From Acholeplasmatales bacterium Tener_01 (lineage in GTDB: Bacteria > Bacillota_I > Bacilli_A > ML615J-28 > CAG-698): a stretch of 25,709 nucleotides of DNA. How positions within the stretch are numbered: the first letter of the stretch is position 1; every line of letters begins with the position of its first letter. The stretch spans positions 1 through 25,709 of the forward strand of contig LVBR01000177.1 of the NCBI GenBank assembly GCA_001604495.1, read 5' to 3'. The position numbers were made by a program, and so were the translations under genes. The notes beneath the pieces are model-generated. The model had not been told where the DNA came from and did not search any database. It saw only the letters and a list, made by a program, of their open reading frames with translations. Below, one piece after another: positions 8,681 to 18,355 of the stretch.

Positions 8681-10747
8681 TTAACGATATTTACCAATAA
8701 TCTCATCACTAACGCTCTTTGGACACTCTTCATAGTGATCAAATTGCATTGTGTAATTACCTCTACCTTGAGTATTACTTCTTAGTGATGTTGCGTAACC
8801 GAACATCTTAGCAAGTGGAACGAATGCTTTGATTCTTTGGAATCTAGCTTCCACTTCTTGACCTTCGATTTTGCCACGCTTACTGATTAAATCACCGATT
8901 ACAGCCCCAACATATTCATCAGGGACTTCAACTACTACTAGCATTATTGGTTCTAGTAGTACAGGTTTACAAACTTTTGCACTTTCTCTAAATGCATAGC
9001 TTGCGGCTACCTCAAAGGCAACTGATGATGAGTCAACATCATGATATGATCCATCAAATAAAGTTGCTTTAATATCTATTGTTGGATAACCTGCTAGGTT
9101 ACCACTAAGTAGTGCGGCTTCTAGACCCTTTTGTGTAGGTCCAATGTATTCCTTAGGAACAACACCGCCAACTATAGCGTCAACAAATTCAAATCCTTTA
9201 CCAGGATTTGGTTCAAACTTAATCCATACATCACCATATTGTCCATGACCACCTGATTGACGAACGAATTTACCTTCAACTTCACCAGTTGCTTTAATTG
9301 TTTCACGATACGAAACTTGTGGAGCACCAACATTAGCTTCAACTCTAAATTCGCGTTTCATTCTATCAACAATTATTTCAAGGTGTAATTCACCCATACC
9401 AGCGATAATAGTTTGACCAGTCTCTTGATTTGTAGTGGCTCTGAATGTTGGGTCTTCTTCTGATAATTTTTGTAAGGCTTGAGCCATACGATCTTCATCA
9501 GCTTTTGTCTTTGGTTCAATAGCAACACTGATAACTGGTTCAGGGAATGTCATTGATTCTAAAATGACAGTTCTTCTATTATCACATAGGGTATCACCTG
9601 TTGTTGTGTCTTTTAGACCAACAGCAGCGGCGATATCACCAGCATAAACTTCGGTAATATCTGTACGATTATTTGCGTGCATTAGAAGTAATCTTCCAAT
9701 ACGTTCTTTTTTATCTTTTGTAGAGTTATTGACATATGATCCAGTTGACAACTTACCTGAGTACACTCTAAAGAATGTAAGTTTTCCAACATATGGGTCA
9801 TTCATAACCTTAAATGCTAATGCACTGAAAGGTTCGTCATCACCTACAATGATATCTTCTTCTTCACCTTTTCTATTTGTTCCAACAATCATTGGTACAT
9901 CAATTGGTGAAGGAAGATAATCAATAATTGCATCAAGCACTAACTTTAATCCTTTATTCTTAAAGGCAGTGCCGCACATTACAGGGAAGAAATCAACAGT
10001 TAAAGTTGCTTTTCTAATAGCAGCTTTTAACATTTCGACACTGATTTCTTCTTCTTCAAGATAAGCCATCATTAAATCATCATCAAAATCGCTGACTGCA
10101 GCAATCAACTCATCGCGTCTTAGTAGAGCATCATCTTTTAGATAATCAGGAATCTCTATTTCAACAAAGTTTTCATCTTGACCACCATCAAAGTGGTAAG
10201 CTTTCATTGTAACTAAGTCGATAATTCCATCAAATGTTGCTTCACTTCCAATTGGGATTTGAATTGGATGAGCGTTAGCATTTAATCTCTTATGCAAACT
10301 TTCTGTTGCTTTATCAAAGTCAGCACCGATTTTGTCCATCTTATTAATAAATACGATTCTTGGAACATGATATTCGGTAGCTTGTCTCCAAACAGTTTCA
10401 GTTTGAGGTTCTACACCTGCTTGGGCATCCAAAACGGTAATTGCACCATCTAATACTCTTAGGGAACGACTTACTTCAACAGTAAAATCAACATGCCCTG
10501 GGGTATCGATGATATTGATACGATGTCCTTTCCAATATGCTGTTGTGGCAGCAGAAGTGATTGTAATACCACGCTCCATCTCTTGCTCCATCCAGTCCAT
10601 TTGGGCGGCACCATCGTGTGTCTCACCGATCTTGTGGATTTTTCCTGTATGATATAAAATTCTTTCTGTTACAGTAGTTTTACCCGCATCGATGTGAGCC
10701 ATGATACCGATGTTCCTAGTATTGACTAAAGCAATATCTCGAGGCAT
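8681..10747 (-). CDS. fusA: Elongation factor G
   Basis: [33 protein letters not shown] and [10 protein letters not shown]. Confidence 0.99.
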   Translation of the reverse strand: MPRDIALVNTRNIGIMAHIDAGKTTVTERILYHTGKIHKIGETHDGAAQMDWMEQEMERGITITSAATTAYWKGHRINIIDTPGHVDFTVEVSRSLRVLDGAITVLDAQAGVEPQTETVWRQATEYHVPRIVFINKMDKIGADFDKATESLHKRLNANAHPIQIPIGSEATFDGIIDLVTMKAYHFDGGQDENFVEIEIPDYLKDDALLRRDELIAAVSDFDDDLMMAYLEEEEISVEMLKAAIRKATLTVDFFPVMCGTAFKNKGLKLVLDAIIDYLPSPIDVPMIVGTNRKGEEEDIIVGDDEPFSALAFKVMNDPYVGKLTFFRVYSGKLSTGSYVNNSTKDKKERIGRLLLMHANNRTDITEVYAGDIAAAVGLKDTTTGDTLCDNRRTVILESMTFPEPVISVAIEPKTKADEDRMAQALQKLSEEDPTFRATTNQETGQTIIAGMGELHLEIIVDRMKREFRVEANVGAPQVSYRETIKATGEVEGKFVRQSGGHGQYGDVWIKFEPNPGKGFEFVDAIVGGVVPKEYIGPTQKGLEAALLSGNLAGYPTIDIKATLFDGSYHDVDSSSVAFEVAASYAFRESAKVCKPVLLEPIMLVVVEVPDEYVGAVIGDLISKRGKIEGQEVEARFQRIKAFVPLAKMFGYATSLRSNTQGRGNYTMQFDHYEECPKSVSDEIIGKYR

Positions 10748-10764
10748 ACAATGCTACTCCTTTA

Positions 10765-11235
10765 TTACCATTGATAATGTGCAAATGCTTTATTAGATTC
10801 TGCCATACGATGAGTATCATCACGTTTCTTAACAGAGTTACCAATACCGTTTGAAGCATCGATGATTTCGTTAGCCAATCTTTCTTCCATAGTCTTCTCT
10901 TTTCTTAATCTAGAATATTGTGTTAACCATCTTAAGCAAAGAGTCATTTTTCTTTCAGCTCTAACTTCACAAGGAACTTGATAGTTAGCACCACCAATTC
11001 TACGAGCACGAACCTCTAATTGTGGTGTAATATTTGCTAATGCTTCATTGAAAACGTCAAGTGCTGGGCGACCAGTTTGCTTTTCGATTCTTGTGAAAGC
11101 ACCATATAAAATTTCTTGAGCTGTACCTTTTTTACCATCTAACATAATGTTATTAATTAATTTAGTTACTACAACTGAATTATAAATTGGATCTGGTAAA
11201 ACTTTTCTTTTGGGAGTATGTCCTTTACGTGGCAT
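10765..11235 (-). CDS. rpsG: 30S ribosomal protein S7
   Basis: MPRKG..., [16 protein letters not shown] and NKAFAHY.W. Confidence 0.99.
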   Translation of the reverse strand: MPRKGHTPKRKVLPDPIYNSVVVTKLINNIMLDGKKGTAQEILYGAFTRIEKQTGRPALDVFNEALANITPQLEVRARRIGGANYQVPCEVRAERKMTLCLRWLTQYSRLRKEKTMEERLANEIIDASNGIGNSVKKRDDTHRMAESNKAFAHYQW

Positions 11236-11277
11236 CCTTACTTCCTCCTTTCATAGTTATAAGTTAATTTTAAAATA

Positions 11278-11688
11278 TTATTTTTCTCTCTTAGCGCCAT
11301 ATTTACTTCTTGCTTGTTTACGTCCTTCAACTCCAGTTGTATCTAGTGTTCCACGAATAATGTGATAACGAACACCTGGTAAGTCTTTAACACGTCCACC
11401 ACGAATTAGAACAACACTGTGTTCTTGAAGCTTATGGCCAACTCCTGGAATGTAAGCTGTTACTTCGATACCATTAGATAAACGAACACGGGCATACTTA
11501 CGCATTGCTGAGTTAGGTTTCTTAGGAGTCGTAGTAGTAACACGTGTACAAACACCACGTTTTTGAGGAGAATCGACAGTTGTGTATCCCATCTTTAAAC
11601 TGTTGTATCCAACGGCTAAATGTGGAGATTTAGATTTTCTTACTTTTGACTCACGTTCTTTTCTTACTAGTTGGTTAATAGTAGGCAT
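11278..11688 (-). CDS. rpsL: 30S ribosomal protein S12
   Basis: [24 protein letters not shown] and [12 protein letters not shown], plus the Bacilli-type N-terminal insertion. The start is re-called to ATG at 11688 after a GGAGG RBS. Confidence 0.99.
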   Translation of the reverse strand: MPTINQLVRKERESKVRKSKSPHLAVGYNSLKMGYTTVDSPQKRGVCTRVTTTTPKKPNSAMRKYARVRLSNGIEVTAYIPGVGHKLQEHSVVLIRGGRVKDLPGVRYHIIRGTLDTTGVEGRKQARSKYGAKREK

Positions 11689-11713
11689 TAATGTTCCTCC
11701 TTTCATTAATTCT

Positions 11714-11772
11714 GCCACATATCCTGGCGTTTCAAATTTTCATAAATATATGTTTCGAATCGCTTCGAAACA
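11714..11772 (-). promoter_or_regulatory. Structured rpsL 5' leader (candidate cis-regulatory RNA)
   Basis: 9-bp hairpin with a GCGA loop (11751-11772) and a short GCCA-GGATATG-TGGC hairpin (11714-11728) upstream of the RBS. Confidence 0.5.
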
Positions 11773-11793
11773 CTATTCACAATTTCCTATAAT

Positions 11794-11821
11794 ATTATAC
11801 ACTTTTTTTACTAAAAGTCAA
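11794..11821 (-). promoter_or_regulatory. Sigma-A promoter of rpsL-rpsG-fusA-tuf
   Basis: TTGACT (11816-11821), 16-bp spacer, TATAAT (11794-11799). Confidence 0.8.
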
Positions 11822-11841
11822 TAGAAAATTTATATTAATTA

Positions 11842-12699
11842 TTACTTGATATCTTCAACTCTTTTGTCTAATTTTTCACACAAAACTGAAGGATTATCAC
11901 ATATTCTTCTTAACAATCTAAATGAGTTAGCATAGTAGAATCCATCACAGAATCTCTCATCAGTATTGATACCTAATGTCATTATCTTTTTAACAACAAT
12001 ATTATCATCTTTATCAACTACAGGCTTCTTGCTCTCTTTTCCCATCGCAACAAACAACCCCGTATTACCAAAATTATACAAATGATGATAAATATAATCA
12101 GTCTTAATTGATTTTAAATTTGTTATAAAGCAAGATGTGTGAAAAGGTGATAATTCAAGTATCTTATTAGGTAACATTCCATGCTTATCGAGTAGTTTTA
12201 TTAATCCAATAAAAAGCTTTGATAAGAAGTTTGGAATATGTCTAATAATACTAGTGAAACGATCAGTACCGTTTTCACTTGACAAGGTATTATTTTTCTC
12301 AATTGCTTCATTGATCTTATCTTTTATTTCATAGATGTTTTCTGTTCCATCAAAATGAAGTTTAACTGTTGTCTCTTGAGCATCATCTCTTAAACTCTTT
12401 TTAACAACAAATGAAATACAAATATCATTTCTTTTGTAAATTCTTCCGTTCATGACGAAACGATTAATTTTAGGTCTTAAGGCAATTACACGAATGATTG
12501 CGGCGATGACAAAGTGCATATAAGTAAAACTTACGCCCTTTTCTCTTTCGCTTGCAATAAATTCATCTAATTTCTCACAATCCATTTCATACTTAAATAA
12601 GTTTTCACTATCATTACGTGATGACATTAAATGTGGAATAAACTTATCAAAGCCTGAAAGTGATTTAATTTTTTTGCCATCGGGTCTAAATCCAAACAT
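11842..12699 (-). CDS. Stand-alone 2-oxoacid dehydrogenase E2 acyltransferase catalytic-domain-like protein (CAT-like fold)
   Basis: E2-like pattern (FVIAAIIRVIALRPKINR..., ITNLKSI, ...VV..DNIVVKKIMTLGINTDERFCDG...DNPSVL). No lipoyl domain; DHRxxDG is replaced by DERFCDG. Confidence 0.8.
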   Translation of the reverse strand: MFGFRPDGKKIKSLSGFDKFIPHLMSSRNDSENLFKYEMDCEKLDEFIASEREKGVSFTYMHFVIAAIIRVIALRPKINRFVMNGRIYKRNDICISFVVKKSLRDDAQETTVKLHFDGTENIYEIKDKINEAIEKNNTLSSENGTDRFTSIIRHIPNFLSKLFIGLIKLLDKHGMLPNKILELSPFHTSCFITNLKSIKTDYIYHHLYNFGNTGLFVAMGKESKKPVVDKDDNIVVKKIMTLGINTDERFCDGFYYANSFRLLRRICDNPSVLCEKLDKRVEDIK

Positions 12700-12724
12700 A
12701 TTTTTTTCTCCTTTTATTAATTAT

Positions 12725-12753
12725 ATATTACCACAAATCCCCCATTTTTTAAA
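12725..12753 (-). promoter_or_regulatory. Putative promoter of the E2-like gene
   Basis: TG-G-TAATAT (12725-12733) with TTTAAA 17 bp upstream of the -10; an alternative TATAAT lies at 12720-12725. Confidence 0.5.
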
Positions 12754-12761
12754 CAAAAATA

Positions 12762-12788
12762 AACCCCACATGTGTAATATGTGGGGTT
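12762..12788 (-). terminator. Intrinsic terminator after the amidase lipoprotein gene
   Basis: AACCCCACAT-7nt-ATGTGGGGTT stem with a T-rich tail on the minus strand. Confidence 0.85.
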
Positions 12789-12794
12789 GATATT

Positions 12795-14564
12795 TTAATT
12801 AAATGGTTTAATCTTTGTTTGTAAAACAACTGATTCATTATATCCACTATTATTTGTAATAGTAACTTTATAACTTACAACAATTTCCTCAAGCGGTGCC
12901 TTAATAATTTGGCCAGTATCATCAACATATTCAGGGTTTAATGATTCAAATTTAATTGTATAATCACCTAAATATTTCTTTACAACTAGTTCTGCCTTAA
13001 CCATTCTAATTGCATAGTCGTATAAGTTATTCATTCTTAGTGTTTGTGGACAGTTTTTACCCATCCAATCGTAGTGTTGCTTGATGTGATTAACATCAAT
13101 TCCATACTTAACCATTAATCTTGCACAAAGTTTACCCATACGATGCCATACTTTATCAAGGTTTGCGCCTTGGTTAACGCATGTTTCAATACCGATACTT
13201 TCAGTATATGCAGTGTAGTGGTCGCCTTGGAATGTTACTTCATTATCTGGAATTGAATGAATTACTTGATCTTCATCAACAGTATAGTGCCAACTACGAG
13301 CTGTTGCGGCAATGCTATAAGAATTAGTCATCCAATTGGCATTTGATTGTGACTTTGCACCAGGATTAAAATTACCAGTATCATGATATGTAATGTAATT
13401 AATTCCTGTAAGTAGTACACCACTACGAGGGTATCCTGGACATTCTTTGTTCTTTTTCTTATCAATTTGGTTGATAATTTCAGGTGTAGCTGTCATTCCA
13501 ACATATGGATTATCATAAATATCAATAATTTGTTCAATTAAATTAAGTTGACTAAAGAAATAATATGATACACTTCCCATAAATTCTTGGGTAACATAAG
13601 CTGGTTGACCATTACTATCTTCACCATAAAGCCTTATTTCTCTAAGCATTAGAGCATTTTCTTGATTTAATGATGTAATTATTGCAATAGGATCAACAGT
13701 AACATTTACTTCAAAAACAGTTCCGGTATCTTTATCATCACCAATTTGTACGCGCACTTTAACTTTTCCTTCTCTTAATGGGTAAATTGTATTATCTTTT
13801 ATCTCAATTATATCGCTCTTATATAGATAATAATTAATATCGCTTTCGTCGACTAAATTCTTTGGATATTGTAGGTGAATTTTTAAAGTATCTAGGCAAT
13901 CAATATTAAAATTATCATTTAAAACTGTCACTTTTAATGGTTTAACATAAACTAATAATAATCCAGTCACATCACCAAGTTTAATTTTGACTGTTGATTC
14001 ACCAATTTTAAGTCCTTTTATCTTCCAACCATTAACTTCGATATTATCGTTACCGACAGTTATTTCTAAATCATCAATAGTACAATTATATAAAGCAATT
14101 GGTAAGGCCACTTCTTCATTTAAAAATAATTCAAATTCGCCATCACTAACATATTCATCCATTATTTTGAATTCTTTTTTAAGACTCACAGTAACATCAA
14201 TGATTAGTGTATTATCACCACTTAAAATAACTACTTTAGAACTTCCTTCTCTAACTGCTTCAACAATTTTACCCCTAACTACTAAAACATTATTAGAAAC
14301 GCTTACTTCAAATGAATCTAATTTGTCTTTATATAGTTCTTCAAAATCAATTTTCTCCCCAACAAACAAACTATATTCAGTTTCAAAGCCTAAAAATGGA
14401 TCAACTTCTACCGGATCATCTATTGGCTCTGGGGCTTCTTCATCTTCTTTTGGAATTATTACTGGTTCAGCCGGTTTAGGGTCCGCTTCAACTGGCTTTT
14501 CTCCACATCCAAACAATGTAATCATAAATAATATAATTAACAAAAATGATAATTTCTTCACCAT
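12795..14564 (-). CDS. Lipoprotein with Ig-like repeats and an N-acetylmuramoyl-L-alanine amidase (Amidase_2) domain
   Basis: Lipobox LFG-C and a Pro/Glu linker. About three Ig-like repeats. Amidase motifs YHDTGN, SWHYTVD, SIPDNE, SIGIETC and QHYDWMGKNCP. Probable C-terminal Ig-like module. The start is re-called to ATG at 14564 after GAGGTG. Confidence 0.88.
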   Translation of the reverse strand: MVKKLSFLLIILFMITLFGCGEKPVEADPKPAEPVIIPKEDEEAPEPIDDPVEVDPFLGFETEYSLFVGEKIDFEELYKDKLDSFEVSVSNNVLVVRGKIVEAVREGSSKVVILSGDNTLIIDVTVSLKKEFKIMDEYVSDGEFELFLNEEVALPIALYNCTIDDLEITVGNDNIEVNGWKIKGLKIGESTVKIKLGDVTGLLLVYVKPLKVTVLNDNFNIDCLDTLKIHLQYPKNLVDESDINYYLYKSDIIEIKDNTIYPLREGKVKVRVQIGDDKDTGTVFEVNVTVDPIAIITSLNQENALMLREIRLYGEDSNGQPAYVTQEFMGSVSYYFFSQLNLIEQIIDIYDNPYVGMTATPEIINQIDKKKNKECPGYPRSGVLLTGINYITYHDTGNFNPGAKSQSNANWMTNSYSIAATARSWHYTVDEDQVIHSIPDNEVTFQGDHYTAYTESIGIETCVNQGANLDKVWHRMGKLCARLMVKYGIDVNHIKQHYDWMGKNCPQTLRMNNLYDYAIRMVKAELVVKKYLGDYTIKFESLNPEYVDDTGQIIKAPLEEIVVSYKVTITNNSGYNESVVLQTKIKPFN

Positions 14565-14582
14565 ATTCACCTCTATATAATT

Positions 14583-14610
14583 ATTATACCAAATAAAGGG
14601 GCAAATTCAA
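14583..14610 (-). promoter_or_regulatory. Promoter of the amidase lipoprotein gene
   Basis: TTGAAT (14605-14610), 16-bp spacer, TG-G-TATAAT (14583-14591). Confidence 0.7.
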
Positions 14611-14626
14611 AATAAAGTATATATAA

Positions 14627-14661
14627 TAAAAATGGTAACACTTCAAATGAAATGTTACCAT
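14627..14661 (-). terminator. Intrinsic terminator after rpoC
   Basis: ATGGTAACA...TGTTACCAT stem with an inner TTCA/TGAA pairing and a T-rich tail on the minus strand. Confidence 0.8.
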
Positions 14662-14666
14662 ATTTT

Positions 14667-17600
14667 TTATTCAACTTCTTCTTCAGGAGCATCTTCTACT
14701 TCTACAGCTTTGTAATCAGCATAAGTGATACCAGTACCAGCAGGAATTAATCCACCAATAATGATGTTTTCTTTCAAGCCTTCCAATGTATCTTTCTTAC
14801 CACGAATAGCGGCTTCTGTTAATACACGTGTAGTTTCTTGGAATGATGCAGCTGATAAGAATGAGTCACTTCTTAATGAAGAACGTGTGATACCAAGTAG
14901 AACTGGTTTAACAACTGGAGGTTGTTTGCCATTTTCAATACAATCTTTGAAAGTGGCTAATAGTTCATTTCTTGAAATTTGTGATCCTGGTAATAAGTTA
15001 GTATCACCAGCATTAACAACTAATACCTTTCTTAACATTTGTTTAATGATAATTTCGATATGCTTGTCACTAATTTCAACACCTTGAGAACGATAAACTT
15101 TTTGAACTTCAATTAGAATATATTTTTCAACATCTTCTACTTGACCAGCTCTAATCAATTCTTTTGGATGAATTTGACCTTCAGTTAATTTTTGACCAGC
15201 TTTAACTTGATTGCCCTTATTAACAATTGGCATCTTACCACTGTCAGTTAAGTAGCTCTTTTCTTCACCAGTGTACTTGTTCTTAATAACGATATTGAAA
15301 CGGTTACCTTCTTTATGGTCAGTCTTAACAACTTCACCATCGATTTCACTGATGATAGCTTTACCTTTAGGTTCACGAGCTTCGAACAATTCTTGTACAC
15401 GTGGAAGACCTTGAGTGATATCTTCACCACCGGCAACACCACCACTGTGGAATGTTCTCATTGTAAGTTGGGTACCAGGTTCACCAATTGATTGGGCAGC
15501 AATAATACCAACAACTTCACCTTTTTCAACTATATCACCAGTTGATAGGTCAGATCCATAACATTTAACGCAAACACCATTGTGGCAGTTACATGTTAAT
15601 AGAGTTCTAATATAAACTTCTTCAACACCTGCTTTAACGATACGCTCTGCCATTTGATCAGTAACGAATTCGTTCTTGTCAATTAGCATTTCGCCAGTAT
15701 TTGGATCATATACAGCTTTGTTTGTGAAACGTCCTCTAATTCTATCGAATAGTGGAACAACAACTGTACCATCGTTATTATAAAGTGTCTTAACAGCCAT
15801 ACCTTTATCTGTATGACAGTCTTCTTCACTAACAATTACATCTTGACTAACGTCAACCAAACGTCTTGTTAAGTAACCAGATTCGGCAGTCTTTAAGGCT
15901 GTATCTGTTGAACCTTTTCTTGAACCATGAGTTGAAACGAAGAATTCACTCATTGTTAAACCTTTCTTAAATGATGAACGAATTGGAATATCCATTTCTT
16001 CACCATTAGGTTTAGCCATTAGTCCACGCATACCAGAAAGTTGTACGAAGTTATCGATATTACCACGGGCACCAGAGTCACTCATCATGTAGATGTGGTT
16101 AGTGATGTAGTTCTTATCAACGTCTTTCTTAATATCTTCTTTTAGTTGGTTCTTAGCATCTTGCCATACTTTAACAACTAATCTATGATATTCTTTTTCA
16201 GTTAATAAGCCATGGTGATTGAATTTATCATATTCACTTACAACTTTGTCAGCGGCTGCTAATCTTTCAGGTTTAGTTTCAACTTCATTGATGTCGGCAG
16301 CACTTACTGTGATACCAGCAACAGTTGAATACTTAAATCCTAAGTCCTTCATCTTGTCCAGTGTCTTAGAAGTTTCAGCTAGTTTATATTTCTTGAATAC
16401 TTCAGCAATTACAACTGATAAGAACTTCTTCTTGAATGGATGAGGAACTCTAACCTTCTTGATTTCTTCTTTGATATTTGAACCTTTTTCAATGAAGAAT
16501 TCATCGCTAGTCTTATCAATGATATTCTTAGCATCAGCTTCAGTTACAAAAGGAACTTTATCATCATAGTTTTCAGCATATGGGAAGATTGTATTAAAGA
16601 TAATCTTTCCGTATGTAGTAACAAGATATTTGTTAAGTTGACTTGGAGTAAAATGAGAATCTTTAACATTCTTTGCAGGAATAGCAAAACGAGTATGGAA
16701 TCCAATTTCATTGTTTTCGTATGCCATTTCTACTTCATTGATATCCTTGAATACGCGGCCATTTCTTGGGTCGTTATTATCTTCGATTGTCAAATAGTAG
16801 TTACCTAAAACCATGTCTTGTGATGGAGTAACGATAGGTTTTCCATCTTTTGGAGCTAAGATATTCTTACTTGCTAGCATTAATAATCTTGCTTCAGCTT
16901 GTGCTTCTTCAGAAAGTGGTAGATGGACAGCCATTTGGTCACCATCGAAGTCGGCATTGAAGGCAGTACATGCTAGAGGATGAAGTCTGATGGCTTTTCC
17001 TTCAACAAGTTTTGGTTCGAATGCTTGGATACCAAGTCTATGAAGAGTTGGAGCACGGTTTAATAGAACTGGATGTTCAACAACGATCTTCTCAAGTTCT
17101 GTCATAGCGATTGGATCGCCAGTTTCAATCATTTCTTTAGCAGTCTTAACACTGATCTTTTGAATGTTTGCATCTTGAGATTCTTCATTATTCTTTAATA
17201 TCTTATTGATAATAAATGGTTTGAATAAAATTAATGCCATTTCACGTGGAATACCACATTGATACATTTGTAAATCTGGTCCAACGCAAATAACACTACG
17301 TCCTGAATAGTCAACACGTTTACCTAATAAGTTTTGACGGAAACGTCCTTGCTTACCACGTAGTAAGTCACTTAATGACTTAAGTGGTCTATTCTTTTCA
17401 ATAGCAGCTTTCTTTCCACGTTTAGAGTTATCGATTAGGGCATCTACTGCTTCTTGAAGCATACGTTTTTCATTCTTAACGATTAGTCCAGGAGCATCTA
17501 AATCCTTTTGACGACGTAAACGAGTATTTCTGTTAATTATACGACGATATAAGTCATTAAGGTCAGTTGTGGCGAAACGTCCACCATCTAATTGAACCAT

Positions 17601-18326
17601 TGGTCTTAGGTCTGGAGGAAGTACTGGAATTACATCCATAACCATCCATTCAGGCTTATTTCCACTACGTGCAAAAGCTTCCATGACTTCAAGTCTCTTA
17701 ACGATTTTTTCCTTCTTTTGCTTAGTAGCATTCTTCAATTCTTCCCTTAATTCTTCGATTCCACTCTCTAAATCTAGGTCTTTTAATAAGTCTTTAATTG
17801 CCTCAGCACCACTCTTTGCAGTGAATTTTGTGCTGCCATAGCGCATCTTATATTGAGTGTATTCAAGTTCTGTAAGAACCATTCCCTTTGTAAGTTCGCT
17901 TACACTTCCTGGGTCGATAACAATGTATGATGCTAAGTAAACAATGTCTTCAACATCTCTTGTTTTCATATCAAGCATCAAAGCGATCTTACAAGGACTG
18001 TTCTTTAAAAACCATGTATGAACTACTGGTGCTTCAAGTTCAATGTGACCCATACGTTCACGACGAACTTTACTTTCAGTTAATTCAACACCACATTTAT
18101 CACATTTTAATTCTCCTCTAGGAGATCTTTTGCTCTTTCCACAAGCGCATTGATAGTCTTTAGTAGGTCCAAAAATTACTTCACAGAATAAACCATCTTT
18201 TTCTGGTTTAAGTGTACGGTAATTGATAGTCTCACCATTCTTAACAACGCCATGGCTCCAGCTTCTAATCTCTTCTGGAGATGCAATTCCTATTTGGATA
18301 TAACTATATTTCTTTTTGTTTTGCAA
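14667..18326 (-). CDS. rpoC: RNA polymerase beta' subunit
   Basis: NADFDGDQM, Zn ribbon CACG...[17 protein letters not shown] and ASFQET. The start is re-called to TTG at 18326 (GAGGTG RBS); the track uses GTG at 18335. Confidence 0.99.
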   Translation of the reverse strand: MQNKKKYSYIQIGIASPEEIRSWSHGVVKNGETINYRTLKPEKDGLFCEVIFGPTKDYQCACGKSKRSPRGELKCDKCGVELTESKVRRERMGHIELEAPVVHTWFLKNSPCKIALMLDMKTRDVEDIVYLASYIVIDPGSVSELTKGMVLTELEYTQYKMRYGSTKFTAKSGAEAIKDLLKDLDLESGIEELREELKNATKQKKEKIVKRLEVMEAFARSGNKPEWMVMDVIPVLPPDLRPMVQLDGGRFATTDLNDLYRRIINRNTRLRRQKDLDAPGLIVKNEKRMLQEAVDALIDNSKRGKKAAIEKNRPLKSLSDLLRGKQGRFRQNLLGKRVDYSGRSVICVGPDLQMYQCGIPREMALILFKPFIINKILKNNEESQDANIQKISVKTAKEMIETGDPIAMTELEKIVVEHPVLLNRAPTLHRLGIQAFEPKLVEGKAIRLHPLACTAFNADFDGDQMAVHLPLSEEAQAEARLLMLASKNILAPKDGKPIVTPSQDMVLGNYYLTIEDNNDPRNGRVFKDINEVEMAYENNEIGFHTRFAIPAKNVKDSHFTPSQLNKYLVTTYGKIIFNTIFPYAENYDDKVPFVTEADAKNIIDKTSDEFFIEKGSNIKEEIKKVRVPHPFKKKFLSVVIAEVFKKYKLAETSKTLDKMKDLGFKYSTVAGITVSAADINEVETKPERLAAADKVVSEYDKFNHHGLLTEKEYHRLVVKVWQDAKNQLKEDIKKDVDKNYITNHIYMMSDSGARGNIDNFVQLSGMRGLMAKPNGEEMDIPIRSSFKKGLTMSEFFVSTHGSRKGSTDTALKTAESGYLTRRLVDVSQDVIVSEEDCHTDKGMAVKTLYNNDGTVVVPLFDRIRGRFTNKAVYDPNTGEMLIDKNEFVTDQMAERIVKAGVEEVYIRTLLTCNCHNGVCVKCYGSDLSTGDIVEKGEVVGIIAAQSIGEPGTQLTMRTFHSGGVAGGEDITQGLPRVQELFEAREPKGKAIISEIDGEVVKTDHKEGNRFNIVIKNKYTGEEKSYLTDSGKMPIVNKGNQVKAGQKLTEGQIHPKELIRAGQVEDVEKYILIEVQKVYRSQGVEISDKHIEIIIKQMLRKVLVVNAGDTNLLPGSQISRNELLATFKDCIENGKQPPVVKPVLLGITRSSLRSDSFLSAASFQETTRVLTEAAIRGKKDTLEGLKENIIIGGLIPAGTGITYADYKAVEVEDAPEEEVE

Positions 18327-18355
18327 ATTAGTCACCTCTTAATAATAATGGTCAA

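Noticed and set aside
11430-11445. S12 GHKLQEH instead of GHNLQEH
   Set aside because: The position is recalled as variable in this lineage, and the streptomycin-relevant lysines and the RVKDLPG Asp are intact.
13987-14580. 197-aa + strand ORF
   Set aside because: Antisense shadow of the amidase lipoprotein; Ser/Ile-rich, with no RBS or motif.
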